IMG/VR virus record: IMGVR_UViG_3300009104_000002
Location: 126,480 to 190,479 of that record
Reading direction: 5' to 3' (one strand)
Length of the DNA stretch: 64,000 bases
Source of the DNA: a virus
The position numbers and the translations under genes are program-made. Positions 49,428-59,103 of this stretch are shown piece by piece (the first letter of the stretch is position 1; each line of letters starts with the position of its first letter). The notes under the pieces are model-generated. The model searched no databases, was not told the DNA's origin, and was given only the letters and a program-made list of their open reading frames with translations.

Positions 49428-49973
49428 TTAATCCCTTTTTGATAGATAAATAATAAATTGATTTCTATCGACTATCTCATAATTTCTAATATTATTTCCG
49501 GCCTCGGCAATAAAATCCAAAACTGCCTTTCGAACCCCGTCTGAATGCAAATCGTCGCCAGTAATAAGTCCGTCTGATTTCATAATTTTATATACCATTC
49601 TCAGATCATTCAAGACAAATTCATAGCTATGATTTCCGTCAATATACACCCAATCTAGCTTCCGATCATTTATAATGTTATTATTTATAAATGTATCTAT
49701 TGTTCCCCTGTGAATTTTTACTTGTTCGTTGTTCGCGAACATGCCCTTTACCCTATGGAATCTTAAATCCATTTCTTCTTTATTTTTGGCGATTGTACCG
49801 CCGTACCACCTATCGGGGTATTCTGGCTGAAATGTCCAGGGGTCGATCAAATAAAGTGTTTCAGGCTCTAGCTCGCGTAAAAGATGGGCGGCGAAGTCGC
49901 CCTCCCAAGTCCCTATCTCACAACCCACACCGTTCTTGGGGAGTCTTTTTAATAATTGCCTTCTTCTTTGCAT
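49428..49973 (-). CDS. Class I SAM-dependent methyltransferase (Methyltransf_24-like)
   Basis: GCEIGTWEG, WVYIDGNHSYE, GDD. Confidence 0.8.
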   Translation of the reverse strand: MQRRRQLLKRLPKNGVGCEIGTWEGDFAAHLLRELEPETLYLIDPWTFQPEYPDRWYGGTIAKNKEEMDLRFHRVKGMFANNEQVKIHRGTIDTFINNNIINDRKLDWVYIDGNHSYEFVLNDLRMVYKIMKSDGLITGDDLHSDGVRKAVLDFIAEAGNNIRNYEIVDRNQFIIYLSKRD

Positions 49974-49983
49974 TTATTTATCC

Positions 49984-50916
49984 TCAATTTTTGTCTAAAA
50001 TATATTTCAAACTTGGCCACAGAGAATATTTGTTCATTATAAGGTGTCTTGCCTCTCTGATGGCTTCAATATTTTCTTTCGTGGGCCTTGTCTTACAAAT
50101 TTCAATTACTTTGTGTATGTCCGCTTCTCCCAAGTCGCATCCGAGAGTGTGGAAACTTTCTTGGGGAATATAATCTCCGAGGTTTGGGGCGCCCCAATAT
50201 ATCGGCATACTCCACATCAAAAGAGAATCAAAAATTTTATCACTAAAATAATTATTAACCTGACTATTTTCAAAACACAGCGTGTAATGAAATCTCTCGT
50301 ATGCCTTATATTTTTTTTCGGCGGGTAGGGCGCCCATATGTTTTCTGTAAGGGATTTTATTTCTCCCGAACAAAGTCAGCAAATTTGGGTCGGTATTTAT
50401 TATTTTTTGGACAAATTTCAACCTCTTAATGTGGCCAGAAACCATGGTCTTGTTGCTAACTAAACAGGATAACGTCGCATCCTTAGAGGGATATTGAAAA
50501 TTCATCAACTCTTCGGGCGTGTGAGAATATGCTAACTCCCATTTTGAAAAAAACCAAATCGGCTGAGTTTCATAATCAATTAATGTTGTTTGTTCTCTTA
50601 ATTCCGCCGGGACGGCATTTAATCCCAGTCGGCTTGAGGGAATTATTGTGGGGGGTTCGTGTCGGATCACAAATAATCTTTTGTTTTTTAAAGCCCTTAT
50701 CACTTCTTGGCTTTGTGAGCCAGGACTCTCCATCAGGAAAACCACGTCGGAGTCAGAAATTGAAGGTGTCGACTCCAAATTTTCCCACAAGCCTCGTCGA
50801 AAAGGAGTAAATAACTTATATTTATTATGCAGCTCTAAAGGAGTCTGTCCCCAATTACACATAAAAGATACTTTGATGTTTTTACTTTTGCTCAAATTTA
50901 TATCCAAATTTTTCAA
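49984..50916 (-). CDS. GT10 (alpha-1,3-fucosyltransferase-like) glycosyltransferase
   Basis: FHYTLCFENSQVNNYFSDKIFDSLLMWSMPIYWG matches the GT10 FENS..Y.TEK motif. Confidence 0.85.
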   Translation of the reverse strand: MKNLDINLSKSKNIKVSFMCNWGQTPLELHNKYKLFTPFRRGLWENLESTPSISDSDVVFLMESPGSQSQEVIRALKNKRLFVIRHEPPTIIPSSRLGLNAVPAELREQTTLIDYETQPIWFFSKWELAYSHTPEELMNFQYPSKDATLSCLVSNKTMVSGHIKRLKFVQKIINTDPNLLTLFGRNKIPYRKHMGALPAEKKYKAYERFHYTLCFENSQVNNYFSDKIFDSLLMWSMPIYWGAPNLGDYIPQESFHTLGCDLGEADIHKVIEICKTRPTKENIEAIREARHLIMNKYSLWPSLKYILDKN

Positions 50917-51490
50917 TATCTTTTAAAAAGTATGATTTAACAGCGTTTTTGGAAAAATCACTATAATAGAGAGAATAATGATCATGTTTGGAAGAATTAA
51001 TTCTCGGCAAATTAATATCTGTTAGTGACAAATGTTGACAAACTTTTTTAAAATCTTCCTCCAAATTTTCATAACGAAGCACAAAATCCAACCTTTCATC
51101 AATCCAGTGCACCTGTTGAATCATAGAGTACTTGTGCTTTAGTTTTCCCTGTATTAAGGCATCAATGTATGAATCAAAATTACTGTTTTTTGCAAAATCA
51201 TAATCCGGATGTTGGCCGTATTTAGTTGAACCATCTCTAGAGTGCCAATAAGATTTGTGTGCTTTACTATAGTGATAATTTGATACAGCTAGTGACCACG
51301 GGTTTCGTACAACCGAGAACTTAAAAAAATTTTTTAAATCACAAGAACGAAGATTGTTTAATCGAATTATTTCTTGTAAGGTGTGATGACCTTCACCAAT
51401 TATATTGCAATTATTCAATGCCTTCATTATAGAAGTGCCCGCTGTCTTGGGAGTATGTATAAAGATAAATTTATTTTTATAACTAATCAT
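50882..51490 (-). CDS. Carbohydrate sulfotransferase (Sulfotransfer_2-like)
   Basis: FIHTPKTAGTS, VVRNPWSLAVS, RYENLEED, DIEKFGY. Confidence 0.85.
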   Translation of the reverse strand: MISYKNKFIFIHTPKTAGTSIMKALNNCNIIGEGHHTLQEIIRLNNLRSCDLKNFFKFSVVRNPWSLAVSNYHYSKAHKSYWHSRDGSTKYGQHPDYDFAKNSNFDSYIDALIQGKLKHKYSMIQQVHWIDERLDFVLRYENLEEDFKKVCQHLSLTDINLPRINSSKHDHYSLYYSDFSKNAVKSYFLKDIEKFGYKFEQK

Positions 51491-52229
51491 TCAACACCTC
51501 ATATTTCTCCTTGCCCCTTATCTCTCTCTCAAGCGAAACCTGATAAGAATTATCAATCTTGTGATCATTTAAGGGATTGTCTACATTATAAACATAAAGA
51601 ATATCCTTTATATATCTGCTTCTATTTCCGGCCATCTCCAACATCGGAAACATAAACGCAAGATCCCAAGTCATCTTATAAAAATTTCCATCCCCATCTA
51701 AAAGATCTTCTTTTTTGATCCTTTCCCAAAGATGATATTTGAATGTTCTAAGGTGCGAAGAGCACCACTCAAAAGATCTGAATGAATTGGTTTCTATAAT
51801 ATTTTTAGGAATTTGTTTTGCGAATTTCCCGCGTCTATTATTTGGATATTCCGCATAACTCCCATAAGTGATCCAACATTTTGAAGAATTGTAGATATTA
51901 TTTACCTTTTCCAAGACATCCCTGGATGCCAGCCAATCGTCGCCATCGAGAGTTAAAATGATGTCTTCTGCTTTCGGATTTGAGATATTAATCCCATCAT
52001 AAATATTTTTTAGAGCTAGGGCCTTTTCAGTATTCACAATTAGCTTAAACCTTTCGTCACCCTCGATTTCCTTCCTGATAACTTCTACACTGGAGTCCGT
52101 GGAGAGATCATCTAGAACAATACACTGGAAATTTCTATACGTTTGGGCCTTTACAGATCTTAAACAAATTTTAATCCACTTTTCAACATTGTATAGCGGA
52201 ATAATAATTTTGAAATGATTGTCTGTCAT
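51483..52229 (-). CDS. GT2 glycosyltransferase
   Basis: IIIPLYNVEKWI, LDDLSTD, LDGDDW. Confidence 0.88.
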   Translation of the reverse strand: MTDNHFKIIIPLYNVEKWIKICLRSVKAQTYRNFQCIVLDDLSTDSSVEVIRKEIEGDERFKLIVNTEKALALKNIYDGINISNPKAEDIILTLDGDDWLASRDVLEKVNNIYNSSKCWITYGSYAEYPNNRRGKFAKQIPKNIIETNSFRSFEWCSSHLRTFKYHLWERIKKEDLLDGDGNFYKMTWDLAFMFPMLEMAGNRSRYIKDILYVYNVDNPLNDHKIDNSYQVSLEREIRGKEKYEVLND

Positions 52230-53059
52230 TGAAATACCCCCGCTACTTTTTCCAAAATCTCTATCCTCTTGTTCGTCATGATATCAATCAATTCTTCGCC
52301 CTTCTTCTCAAACCAAGGCTCACTGGAGGCTCCAACTCTAGAATTTGTCACCACCCCCATATTCATCATTCGGGCCTCGACAACAATTCTTGATAAGGTT
52401 TCTGGAGTTTTTGGAAGAAAGATCAATTTAAAATTATTACTCAAATTATCTAAAAATTTATTATATGGCGATGGTGGTATTAATTCATATTGAATTTTAT
52501 TATATTCACAATAGACCACCGCATCGCGAGTATTTTTATGTTCAATGCTTGAGTACATGATAGAATATTTTCTAGCTTTTTGCTTTTGACAATTTTTCTT
52601 CATTAGCGCCAAAGACTCGTCAGACCATAAATTACCACCCAAATTTATAATATTATCCAATCCTAAATTTTTTTTCACTATTTCAGAATGAAATTTAGAT
52701 TGACAAAAAATTGCAATAGCGCTCTTATAAAAATTATAATTTACTATTTCTTCTTTTGGCGCGATATAGTCCTCATATAGAGCCGGATTTCGAGATTTTA
52801 AATATTTATGATCGTGCTCATAAATAACATATCTCATTTTTGTTAATCTTTTTTTTATTTCTTCAGATAAGTGCATAAAATTTGATATTATATAATTCTT
52901 TTTGTTATTTTTTTCAAGATATTCTTCTGTTAAATCTCTGCTTTTGATTTTTTTAACAGTTGACAAAGTAGACAAAAGAGAGATAAATTCTTCATTATTC
53001 AACTCTCCTCCGCCCAAAATTTCATCAGAAAAATAGTCTGCTACAAAAACAAAATTCAT
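52226..53059 (-). CDS. Putative GT-B-fold glycosyltransferase
   Basis: VIYEHDHKY, ETLSRIVVEARMMNMGVV; located in the glycan cluster. Confidence 0.55.
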   Translation of the reverse strand: MNFVFVADYFSDEILGGGELNNEEFISLLSTLSTVKKIKSRDLTEEYLEKNNKKNYIISNFMHLSEEIKKRLTKMRYVIYEHDHKYLKSRNPALYEDYIAPKEEIVNYNFYKSAIAIFCQSKFHSEIVKKNLGLDNIINLGGNLWSDESLALMKKNCQKQKARKYSIMYSSIEHKNTRDAVVYCEYNKIQYELIPPSPYNKFLDNLSNNFKLIFLPKTPETLSRIVVEARMMNMGVVTNSRVGASSEPWFEKKGEELIDIMTNKRIEILEKVAGVFQ

Positions 53060-54327
53060 TCAACTTCTCTTATATCTTCCTGCAATTCACTCAACCAACC
53101 TTCCATATCTACTCCGTCATCTGAGTCCGAATAGACATTTTCGCAAAACCGGCTATACATTGTCTCTTCTGTAAAGGTTCCCACGAGATACTTTTGGAGC
53201 TTTTTAGCATTTCTCTTGAACCGAGAATATTCACTGCGCATCTCTCGGAGTCTTCGTTTAAAAGAAGCCTCCCTTGGAAATGCCCATTGTGAATCCGCCT
53301 GAATCACCCCATTCCAGACTGCCTCTGGCTGAACATTTTGAAGCTCATATTCAATAGATGCAAACATTGGCTTTTTCTTTCCGTTTTTTCTTCTTGCATC
53401 TGGCATATAGAGAAAATCACAATGGCCAGACCAACCAGGAACTGCGACAGGTAATCCATTATAGGCCGCTTCGAAAAGTGGCAAACCAAATCCTTCACCG
53501 TGGGTTGTTGAAATAAGGCATTTGATTTTTGAGCATTGATATAGCCCCGTCATCTCTTCTTCCGTTAAATCTCCGTGCAGAAGATATACCTTACATTTTC
53601 TTTCTCCATGTTTTGCAAGAATATTTCTTAATTTTTTTTCTGTATGTTCCCTATCAATAATACTATTATTTTTAATTGAAGTTTTTAACACTAGACCGAC
53701 TTCTTGATCAAAATTTTCTTCGATAAACCAATTAATCAGATTATTAAAATTTTTTCTTGGGCCCCATTGTGATATTGCGAGATAATTGAAATCATATTCT
53801 AATTTTAAATTAACTGATTTCTTCTTAAAATTTCTTACCGGATAGCCGACTGCCTCAACTGGCGTTTGAGTAATCAAATTAATAAATTGTCCTGTATCTT
53901 TATGCCTCCCCTGATATGAAGTATTCTGAAATACTTCTTTAGAGTGATTTGAAACAACAATTATTTTATCCATTTCGTTTGCTTTTTGGATCCAAACTGG
54001 TGCAACTTTTGTCGTTTCTATGCCGGCGGTATATCCTATATTAATTGGCGCCAGACGTTTCCACTCATTTGGAATTGTAATTTGTAAAGAAATATCATAT
54101 TTACCCTTCATCTGATTGAAGGCATGTGTCTGAGCTATTTTTTGATCTATCCAAGTTCTTTCTTCGTTCGCAAGACTTACCCATCCGGTTTGTCCCCATT
54201 TTGTAGGGACAATATAAATATCAAAAATATCCTCCCTAGTTCTCAGTGCTCGCAACGCGAACCGTGCCTGCTCCCCATATCCAGATTGTGATAAAACTGG
54301 CCCTGTTATTAAAATCCTCTGTCTCAT
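53056..54327 (-). CDS. GT4-like glycosyltransferase
   Basis: SGYG, RKN, STTHGEGFGLPLFEAAYNGLPV. Confidence 0.85.
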   Translation of the reverse strand: MRQRILITGPVLSQSGYGEQARFALRALRTREDIFDIYIVPTKWGQTGWVSLANEERTWIDQKIAQTHAFNQMKGKYDISLQITIPNEWKRLAPINIGYTAGIETTKVAPVWIQKANEMDKIIVVSNHSKEVFQNTSYQGRHKDTGQFINLITQTPVEAVGYPVRNFKKKSVNLKLEYDFNYLAISQWGPRKNFNNLINWFIEENFDQEVGLVLKTSIKNNSIIDREHTEKKLRNILAKHGERKCKVYLLHGDLTEEEMTGLYQCSKIKCLISTTHGEGFGLPLFEAAYNGLPVAVPGWSGHCDFLYMPDARRKNGKKKPMFASIEYELQNVQPEAVWNGVIQADSQWAFPREASFKRRLREMRSEYSRFKRNAKKLQKYLVGTFTEETMYSRFCENVYSDSDDGVDMEGWLSELQEDIREVE

Positions 54328-55583
54328 ACAATCTCCCTAATTTCCCAAGGTTTATATCCCTTTCTTGTTTCCCAGGATCCATGGTTTTCTATGATAGAGT
54401 CCATCAAATTAATCCAATTTTTCTTATAAGTCTCAAAATTATAATTTTTAACAACATGCTGACGGCCCCTTATTCCAAGAATTTTTCTCTCATTGTGAGA
54501 CATCAAAAAAATGTCTCTCAGAGCCTGTATAAAATCCTCTTTGGAAACCCTGTCTTCGTAGATGTATGGAACCTGCTGAGAGCCTATGATGGCCTTTGAG
54601 GCCGGCGTGAGACCTATTCCAAACCACTCTTCTCCATCCGTAACTTGTTCTTGCAATCCGCCCGTCATATTAACAATAATAGGAGTCTGGCATGCTAGTG
54701 ATTCCAGAGTTGCCAACCCGAAACCCTCAGCATCTGATATATTAATGGTGCAATCAGACATATTATACATTGTTGCCAAAACAGATGGATGAACTTTTTT
54801 GTTCGATAAAAGAATCCGGCCGTCGTCTGCATTTAAATTTGATATTAAAACATTTAGGTCTTGTCCATTTGGATCATTGGGGTCGGTATGCATTATCAAT
54901 CTTACATTTTCTGGGCCCACTTCCTCTGCGAATTCATTAAACCAAGTAACTAGGGATCCGCTCATTTTTCTTCGCGCGTTCCTATTGTTCCAAAAGAAGG
55001 TAACTCTATTTTTATCTTCCCCAAATTGTTTACTTCTCGTTTCTCTGATCTCCTCATCCGACATTGGAGAAAAAATATTCATATCTACTGCGTGTGGAAT
55101 ATAATGATTTTCAACATCTGGAGCAACATTATTGACAATATCATATGTTACTTTTGAAATAGAGGCGATGATATCTGTTGAATCATAAAACTTTTTATTA
55201 TAATTTGGATATGGATAATTATCCCACACATGATAATAAATCATTGGAACATGTACTCTAATTTCATTTTCCAATACCCATAACCATTCATAAAATCTGG
55301 GATCTGTCATAAACCAAAGAATATCTGGCTTTTCGTTAAAAATAGCCGATCTAACCATTTCCTGCGTACCATAACCCTTTACTGGATAAACAATCCAATC
55401 GTCTTCCCACCCCTCTATTTTTTGTGGATTATAATCCTTATGTTTAACTGCTCCACCCAAACAAATAAATTTATATCTGCCAGTTTTTAACAGCGTTTCA
55501 ATAACATACCTTGTCTGTGTGCCGACTCCCGATGGGGCCAGAGGGTGATCAGCAATCACCAAAACCTTCTTTTTTTCTGTCAT
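54324..55583 (-). CDS. GT4-like glycosyltransferase
   Basis: SGVGTQ, NRNARRK, SDAEGFGLATLESLACQTPII. Confidence 0.85.
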   Translation of the reverse strand: MTEKKKVLVIADHPLAPSGVGTQTRYVIETLLKTGRYKFICLGGAVKHKDYNPQKIEGWEDDWIVYPVKGYGTQEMVRSAIFNEKPDILWFMTDPRFYEWLWVLENEIRVHVPMIYYHVWDNYPYPNYNKKFYDSTDIIASISKVTYDIVNNVAPDVENHYIPHAVDMNIFSPMSDEEIRETRSKQFGEDKNRVTFFWNNRNARRKMSGSLVTWFNEFAEEVGPENVRLIMHTDPNDPNGQDLNVLISNLNADDGRILLSNKKVHPSVLATMYNMSDCTINISDAEGFGLATLESLACQTPIIVNMTGGLQEQVTDGEEWFGIGLTPASKAIIGSQQVPYIYEDRVSKEDFIQALRDIFLMSHNERKILGIRGRQHVVKNYNFETYKKNWINLMDSIIENHGSWETRKGYKPWEIREIV

Positions 55584-55592
55584 CTTTAACCT

Positions 55593-56354
55593 CTATGGAC
55601 ATTCCGGTGATCTACAAAATTCGCATTTTGTGCATGACCGCTTGTCCTTAATATAATTCTTTTTCTTAATATTGAAAAGCGCCTTCTTTAAGAGATTGGT
55701 GGCGTTCTCCATTTTTTTATTTCCGCTCGTAACTCTAAAAATCTCTACCCTATCCTTCTTCGCTGTTCTCTTCAATAATGCGAAGTGAGTTTCAATATCT
55801 TTCAAATCAATACCATGCTGCTTGGCAAAAAAGACCTTGTATAAAGTTAATTGGTATGTGACCATTGGATCGGAGCGCCGTCTCATATCCCAACCCCATG
55901 AGCAAGATTTCCAATCAATAATATGATATTTGCCATCGGGTGTTTTTACGACTGCATCAATATATCCCTTAAAGCTATAATCCTCATCATCGATTGGAAC
56001 CATCAACTGTTCTTCTGTTGAGATGACCACATAGCCATCGGAAAAATATTCTGCCATTGCAGGCATAATTTCTGGAAGTATTCCCATTGCTTGTACGGCC
56101 ATTTTTTCGGGATCTTCCCGGAATTTTATGTCATCGTCAAGCTCTGCAAGACACTGTTCGAATCTCTCGACAAAGTATTCTTGCGGCTCAAATGTTTCAT
56201 GAAGCAATTTCCTTTCGGCGACATCGTGGATGGCCGTTCCAAACGCAGTATATTCATTTCCCCGGAAACCCTTGAGCTTATCGATGTAAGTCAATTTATG
56301 GTAGAACGGGCAGAAATTCCAATTTTTCAATTCCGAAAACGAAATGTGTGGCAA
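55593..56354 (-). CDS. PD-(D/E)xK nuclease, Cas4/RecB-like with probable Fe-S cluster
   Basis: N-terminal CPFY, GYIDAV...IIDWKS, QLTLY, C-terminal CTKCEFC...C. Confidence 0.82.
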   Translation of the reverse strand: MPHISFSELKNWNFCPFYHKLTYIDKLKGFRGNEYTAFGTAIHDVAERKLLHETFEPQEYFVERFEQCLAELDDDIKFREDPEKMAVQAMGILPEIMPAMAEYFSDGYVVISTEEQLMVPIDDEDYSFKGYIDAVVKTPDGKYHIIDWKSCSWGWDMRRRSDPMVTYQLTLYKVFFAKQHGIDLKDIETHFALLKRTAKKDRVEIFRVTSGNKKMENATNLLKKALFNIKKKNYIKDKRSCTKCEFCRSPECP

Positions 56355-56765
56355 TTATTCCTCAGTGACAGATTTTGTCTCGGGTAAGATGGGAGATTCT
56401 TTTTTCTCTTTTACTATTATAACATCTTCAGGAGATTTGTCAAGTTGTTTTTCGGTTTTTTTTGCCTTTCTTGGTGTATTTTTAGAAGTTTTCCTTGTTG
56501 TGCGCGTCTTGGGCCTCAATTTCGGCTTAATTTGGTCGGCATCCTCAAAAATCCAAATATCACTACATGATCCTCTAAAATTATCTATTTGGCCAGTTTT
56601 TAAGCATTCTCCCACATTTAATTTATAATCGTTAATTAATTTTTCTTTAACTATTCTTTCACTTAAATATATCCTCTTTTTACAATTCCTGTGTCTATAT
56701 TCAAGTACGGAAATTTCGCAAACTATTTTATTGCTTTCTTTTTTAATTTTAACTTCCATTTTCAT
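56355..56765 (-). CDS. Hypothetical protein with basic/low-complexity tail
   Basis: Intact ORF in the operon. Confidence 0.6.
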   Translation of the reverse strand: MKMEVKIKKESNKIVCEISVLEYRHRNCKKRIYLSERIVKEKLINDYKLNVGECLKTGQIDNFRGSCSDIWIFEDADQIKPKLRPKTRTTRKTSKNTPRKAKKTEKQLDKSPEDVIIVKEKKESPILPETKSVTEE

Positions 56766-57438
56766 GTAACTCCTGTATTTTTTTATAAAGTTCTGGGCAT
56801 ATATTTTCTAAATATTTTCTATCGTCTAAAAAATAATATTCGAAACCATTTGCGAAATATTCTCTTAATGATGTTGCACAGTACGCGGATGTAAAGAGAT
56901 TATATGAAGCACAAATAAAATTCAGTCTATCATATCCAACTATTTTATATAAAAAATTATCAAGCTCTAATGAATATTCCGGATCCATCATTAAATCACC
57001 ATCAGGATTTAAATTTTCTTCTTTTAATATATTATATAACTTTTTTCTTTTTTGTAAAAATTCTCTTTCTATTTTTCCATCCCCGTATATTAAATAACCG
57101 TGAGGTATCTCCAAAGAGTGTGCAATCTCATGAATAATATCATCAATTAAATCTTGCTCATCATCTTGTTTGTTACTAACATATATAGCGCCGTCTTTGT
57201 ACGCCGCATTCGTTTCCATTTTATTAAATTCTTCAAACATTCCAACATATATGGAATCTATTTCTTTAGTTAGATGGGGCGGAATTGAAGTATTTATTAT
57301 ATCCAAAATGTCTCGTATATCAATTCCATTTTCCAATTTATCTTTTATATAAACTTGTACTGATTCACTCATAATAAATTCTTTTTGCTGTTGTTGAGCA
57401 TTAAATGTCGACATCTTTAAATAGTCAAGTTTATACAT
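56749..57438 (-). CDS. Zincin-like metallopeptidase
   Basis: IIHEIAH (HExxH) with downstream REYFANGFE third-ligand region. Confidence 0.6.
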   Translation of the reverse strand: MYKLDYLKMSTFNAQQQQKEFIMSESVQVYIKDKLENGIDIRDILDIINTSIPPHLTKEIDSIYVGMFEEFNKMETNAAYKDGAIYVSNKQDDEQDLIDDIIHEIAHSLEIPHGYLIYGDGKIEREFLQKRKKLYNILKEENLNPDGDLMMDPEYSLELDNFLYKIVGYDRLNFICASYNLFTSAYCATSLREYFANGFEYYFLDDRKYLENICPELYKKIQELHENGS

Positions 57439-57707
57439 TATTCGCTACGCTTATTATCCGAAGGATATTTTATGGTGGCATATGAAACGTTGGAGTCATT
57501 TAAACCCCTCTCATAACCTCTTATATAATTTTCTTCTGCAACCGTTATAAATAACTCGGGGAATTCAGACGCCAAAACATCGATTACCATTTCCATAGTT
57601 ACCTCCCGATTTTCTGGCTGGAGTTTTTCTCCAACATAATTTATTAGTAATTCCTTCAACGCACCATCGGTGACAATAATTTTTTTTAAATTTCCTTCAC
57701 TAGACAT
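57438..57707 (-). CDS. Hypothetical protein
   Basis: GAGGAG SD; first gene after a consensus promoter. Confidence 0.7.
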   Translation of the reverse strand: MSSEGNLKKIIVTDGALKELLINYVGEKLQPENREVTMEMVIDVLASEFPELFITVAEENYIRGYERGLNDSNVSYATIKYPSDNKRSE

Positions 57708-57734
57708 TTATAAATCTCACTCCTCTATTATAGT

Positions 57735-57763
57735 ATTATAACCTTTATTATTGAGTTTGTCAA
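57735..57763 (-). promoter_or_regulatory. Sigma70-type promoter, probably driving the nuclease + glycan island
   Basis: Perfect TTGACA-17 nt-TATAAT. Confidence 0.88.
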
Positions 57764-57771
57764 GAAAAAAA

Positions 57772-59103
57772 TTATAATATTTTTGATGCTATTGTGGCTA
57801 GGCGAGATCTCTCGCCTTTTTGTAAAGTTATGTGCCCAGAAATATCATATTCTTTAAAATTTTCAACTGCGTGTACCAATCCGTTAGAAGTTTCATCAAC
57901 ATAAATATTATCTATTTGTTCTATATCCCCCGTCAGAACAATTTTGGTATTTTCGCCAACTCTTGTCAAGATAGTTTTTATTTCATGAAGCGATAAATTT
58001 TGAGCCTCATCTATTATAATATATGCATTTGAGATAGATCTCCCACGGATATAAGTTAGGGCTTCTATCTCTATTATTCCAAGACTCATATATTCTTCTA
58101 AAGTTGCCTTATCATTTCCCAATATATTTTGTAAATTGTCCTGGATTGGCATAAGCCATGGATGCATTTTCTCCTCCATAGTTCCAGGTAAAAACCCAAT
58201 GTCTTTCCCAACAGGCTGCACGGGGCGGGACACAATTATTTTATTATATATTGGATTTGTTTTAGAAAAGGGATCTTTTATCGTTTGAGCAACGCCTGCT
58301 GCTATTGCCAACATAGTTTTTCCACTACCAGCTTTTCCGACAATGGTTGTTAGCGAAATTTTGGGATCCATTAATAAATCCAAAGCAAATGCTTGCTCTT
58401 TATTTCTTGGCTTTACTCCCCACACCCCCCTTTTATCATAATTTTTAATACGAGAGTAGGTACCGTTTCTATATCGACAAAGAGCAGCTTTCTTAATATC
58501 AGACGACGATTTTAACATTACCGAATCATTATTTTGAAAATTATTTTCTTCTAACTCTTCTTGCGCGGCATGGATTTTATTTTTTTCATAAATAAAATCT
58601 ATTTCGTCATCTCCAACAAAAACAGTTTTAAATCCAGTATATAAATCTTCCTGAAATTTTATTATTTTATCTTCCGTATAGCCCTCTGAATGAAGGCCCA
58701 AAGAATCTGTCATAACCCTCATATTGATATCTCTTGAGACAAGAATAACTTTCTTGTCAGATCTCTTTTTTATACCAAGAGCTACGGTCATAATTGTATG
58801 ATCCGGGTCATTTTTTGTGAAATCTGAAGGGAAGTCTTCCATATCTACCCTAACGACCTTAAGTATTCCCCTATTTTTTCCCAAAGACACGCCGTCTTGG
58901 AGACTCCCCGCCTCTCTTAAATTATCAAATTCCCTAATGATATTTCTAGCATTGGCGCCAACTGCATCTTGTCTTTTTTTATGATTATCTATTTCTTCCA
59001 ATACCTTCATTGGAATTACTATATCATTATTTTCATAGTGATATATACAAGTTGAATCTGTTAAGCATACACTTGTATCTATAATATAGATCTTATTCGT
59101 CAT
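57772..59103 (-). CDS. phoH: PIN-domain PhoH family protein (PhoH2/YlaK-like)
   Basis: PIN: IIDTS, VLEEID, SRDINMR. PhoH: GKAGSGKT, SRP, GFLPG, YIRGRS, IIDEAQN, GDIEQID. Confidence 0.9.
   Translation of the reverse strand: MTNKIYIIDTSVCLTDSTCIYHYENNDIVIPMKVLEEIDNHKKRQDAVGANARNIIREFDNLREAGSLQDGVSLGKNRGILKVVRVDMEDFPSDFTKNDPDHTIMTVALGIKKRSDKKVILVSRDINMRVMTDSLGLHSEGYTEDKIIKFQEDLYTGFKTVFVGDDEIDFIYEKNKIHAAQEELEENNFQNNDSVMLKSSSDIKKAALCRYRNGTYSRIKNYDKRGVWGVKPRNKEQAFALDLLMDPKISLTTIVGKAGSGKTMLAIAAGVAQTIKDPFSKTNPIYNKIIVSRPVQPVGKDIGFLPGTMEEKMHPWLMPIQDNLQNILGNDKATLEEYMSLGIIEIEALTYIRGRSISNAYIIIDEAQNLSLHEIKTILTRVGENTKIVLTGDIEQIDNIYVDETSNGLVHAVENFKEYDISGHITLQKGERSRLATIASKIL

Noticed and set aside
44095-55583. 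Eukaryotic giant virus or bacterial chromosome origin suggested by the glycan genes
   Set aside because: The flanks carry T4-like portal, terminase, gp6, gp25 and gp55-like genes, sigma70 promoters and SD motifs, and the island is co-oriented and continuous with them.
55593-56354. CRISPR-Cas system inferred from the Cas4-like gene
   Set aside because: It is a solo PD-(D/E)xK nuclease with no other cas genes and no repeat-spacer array.
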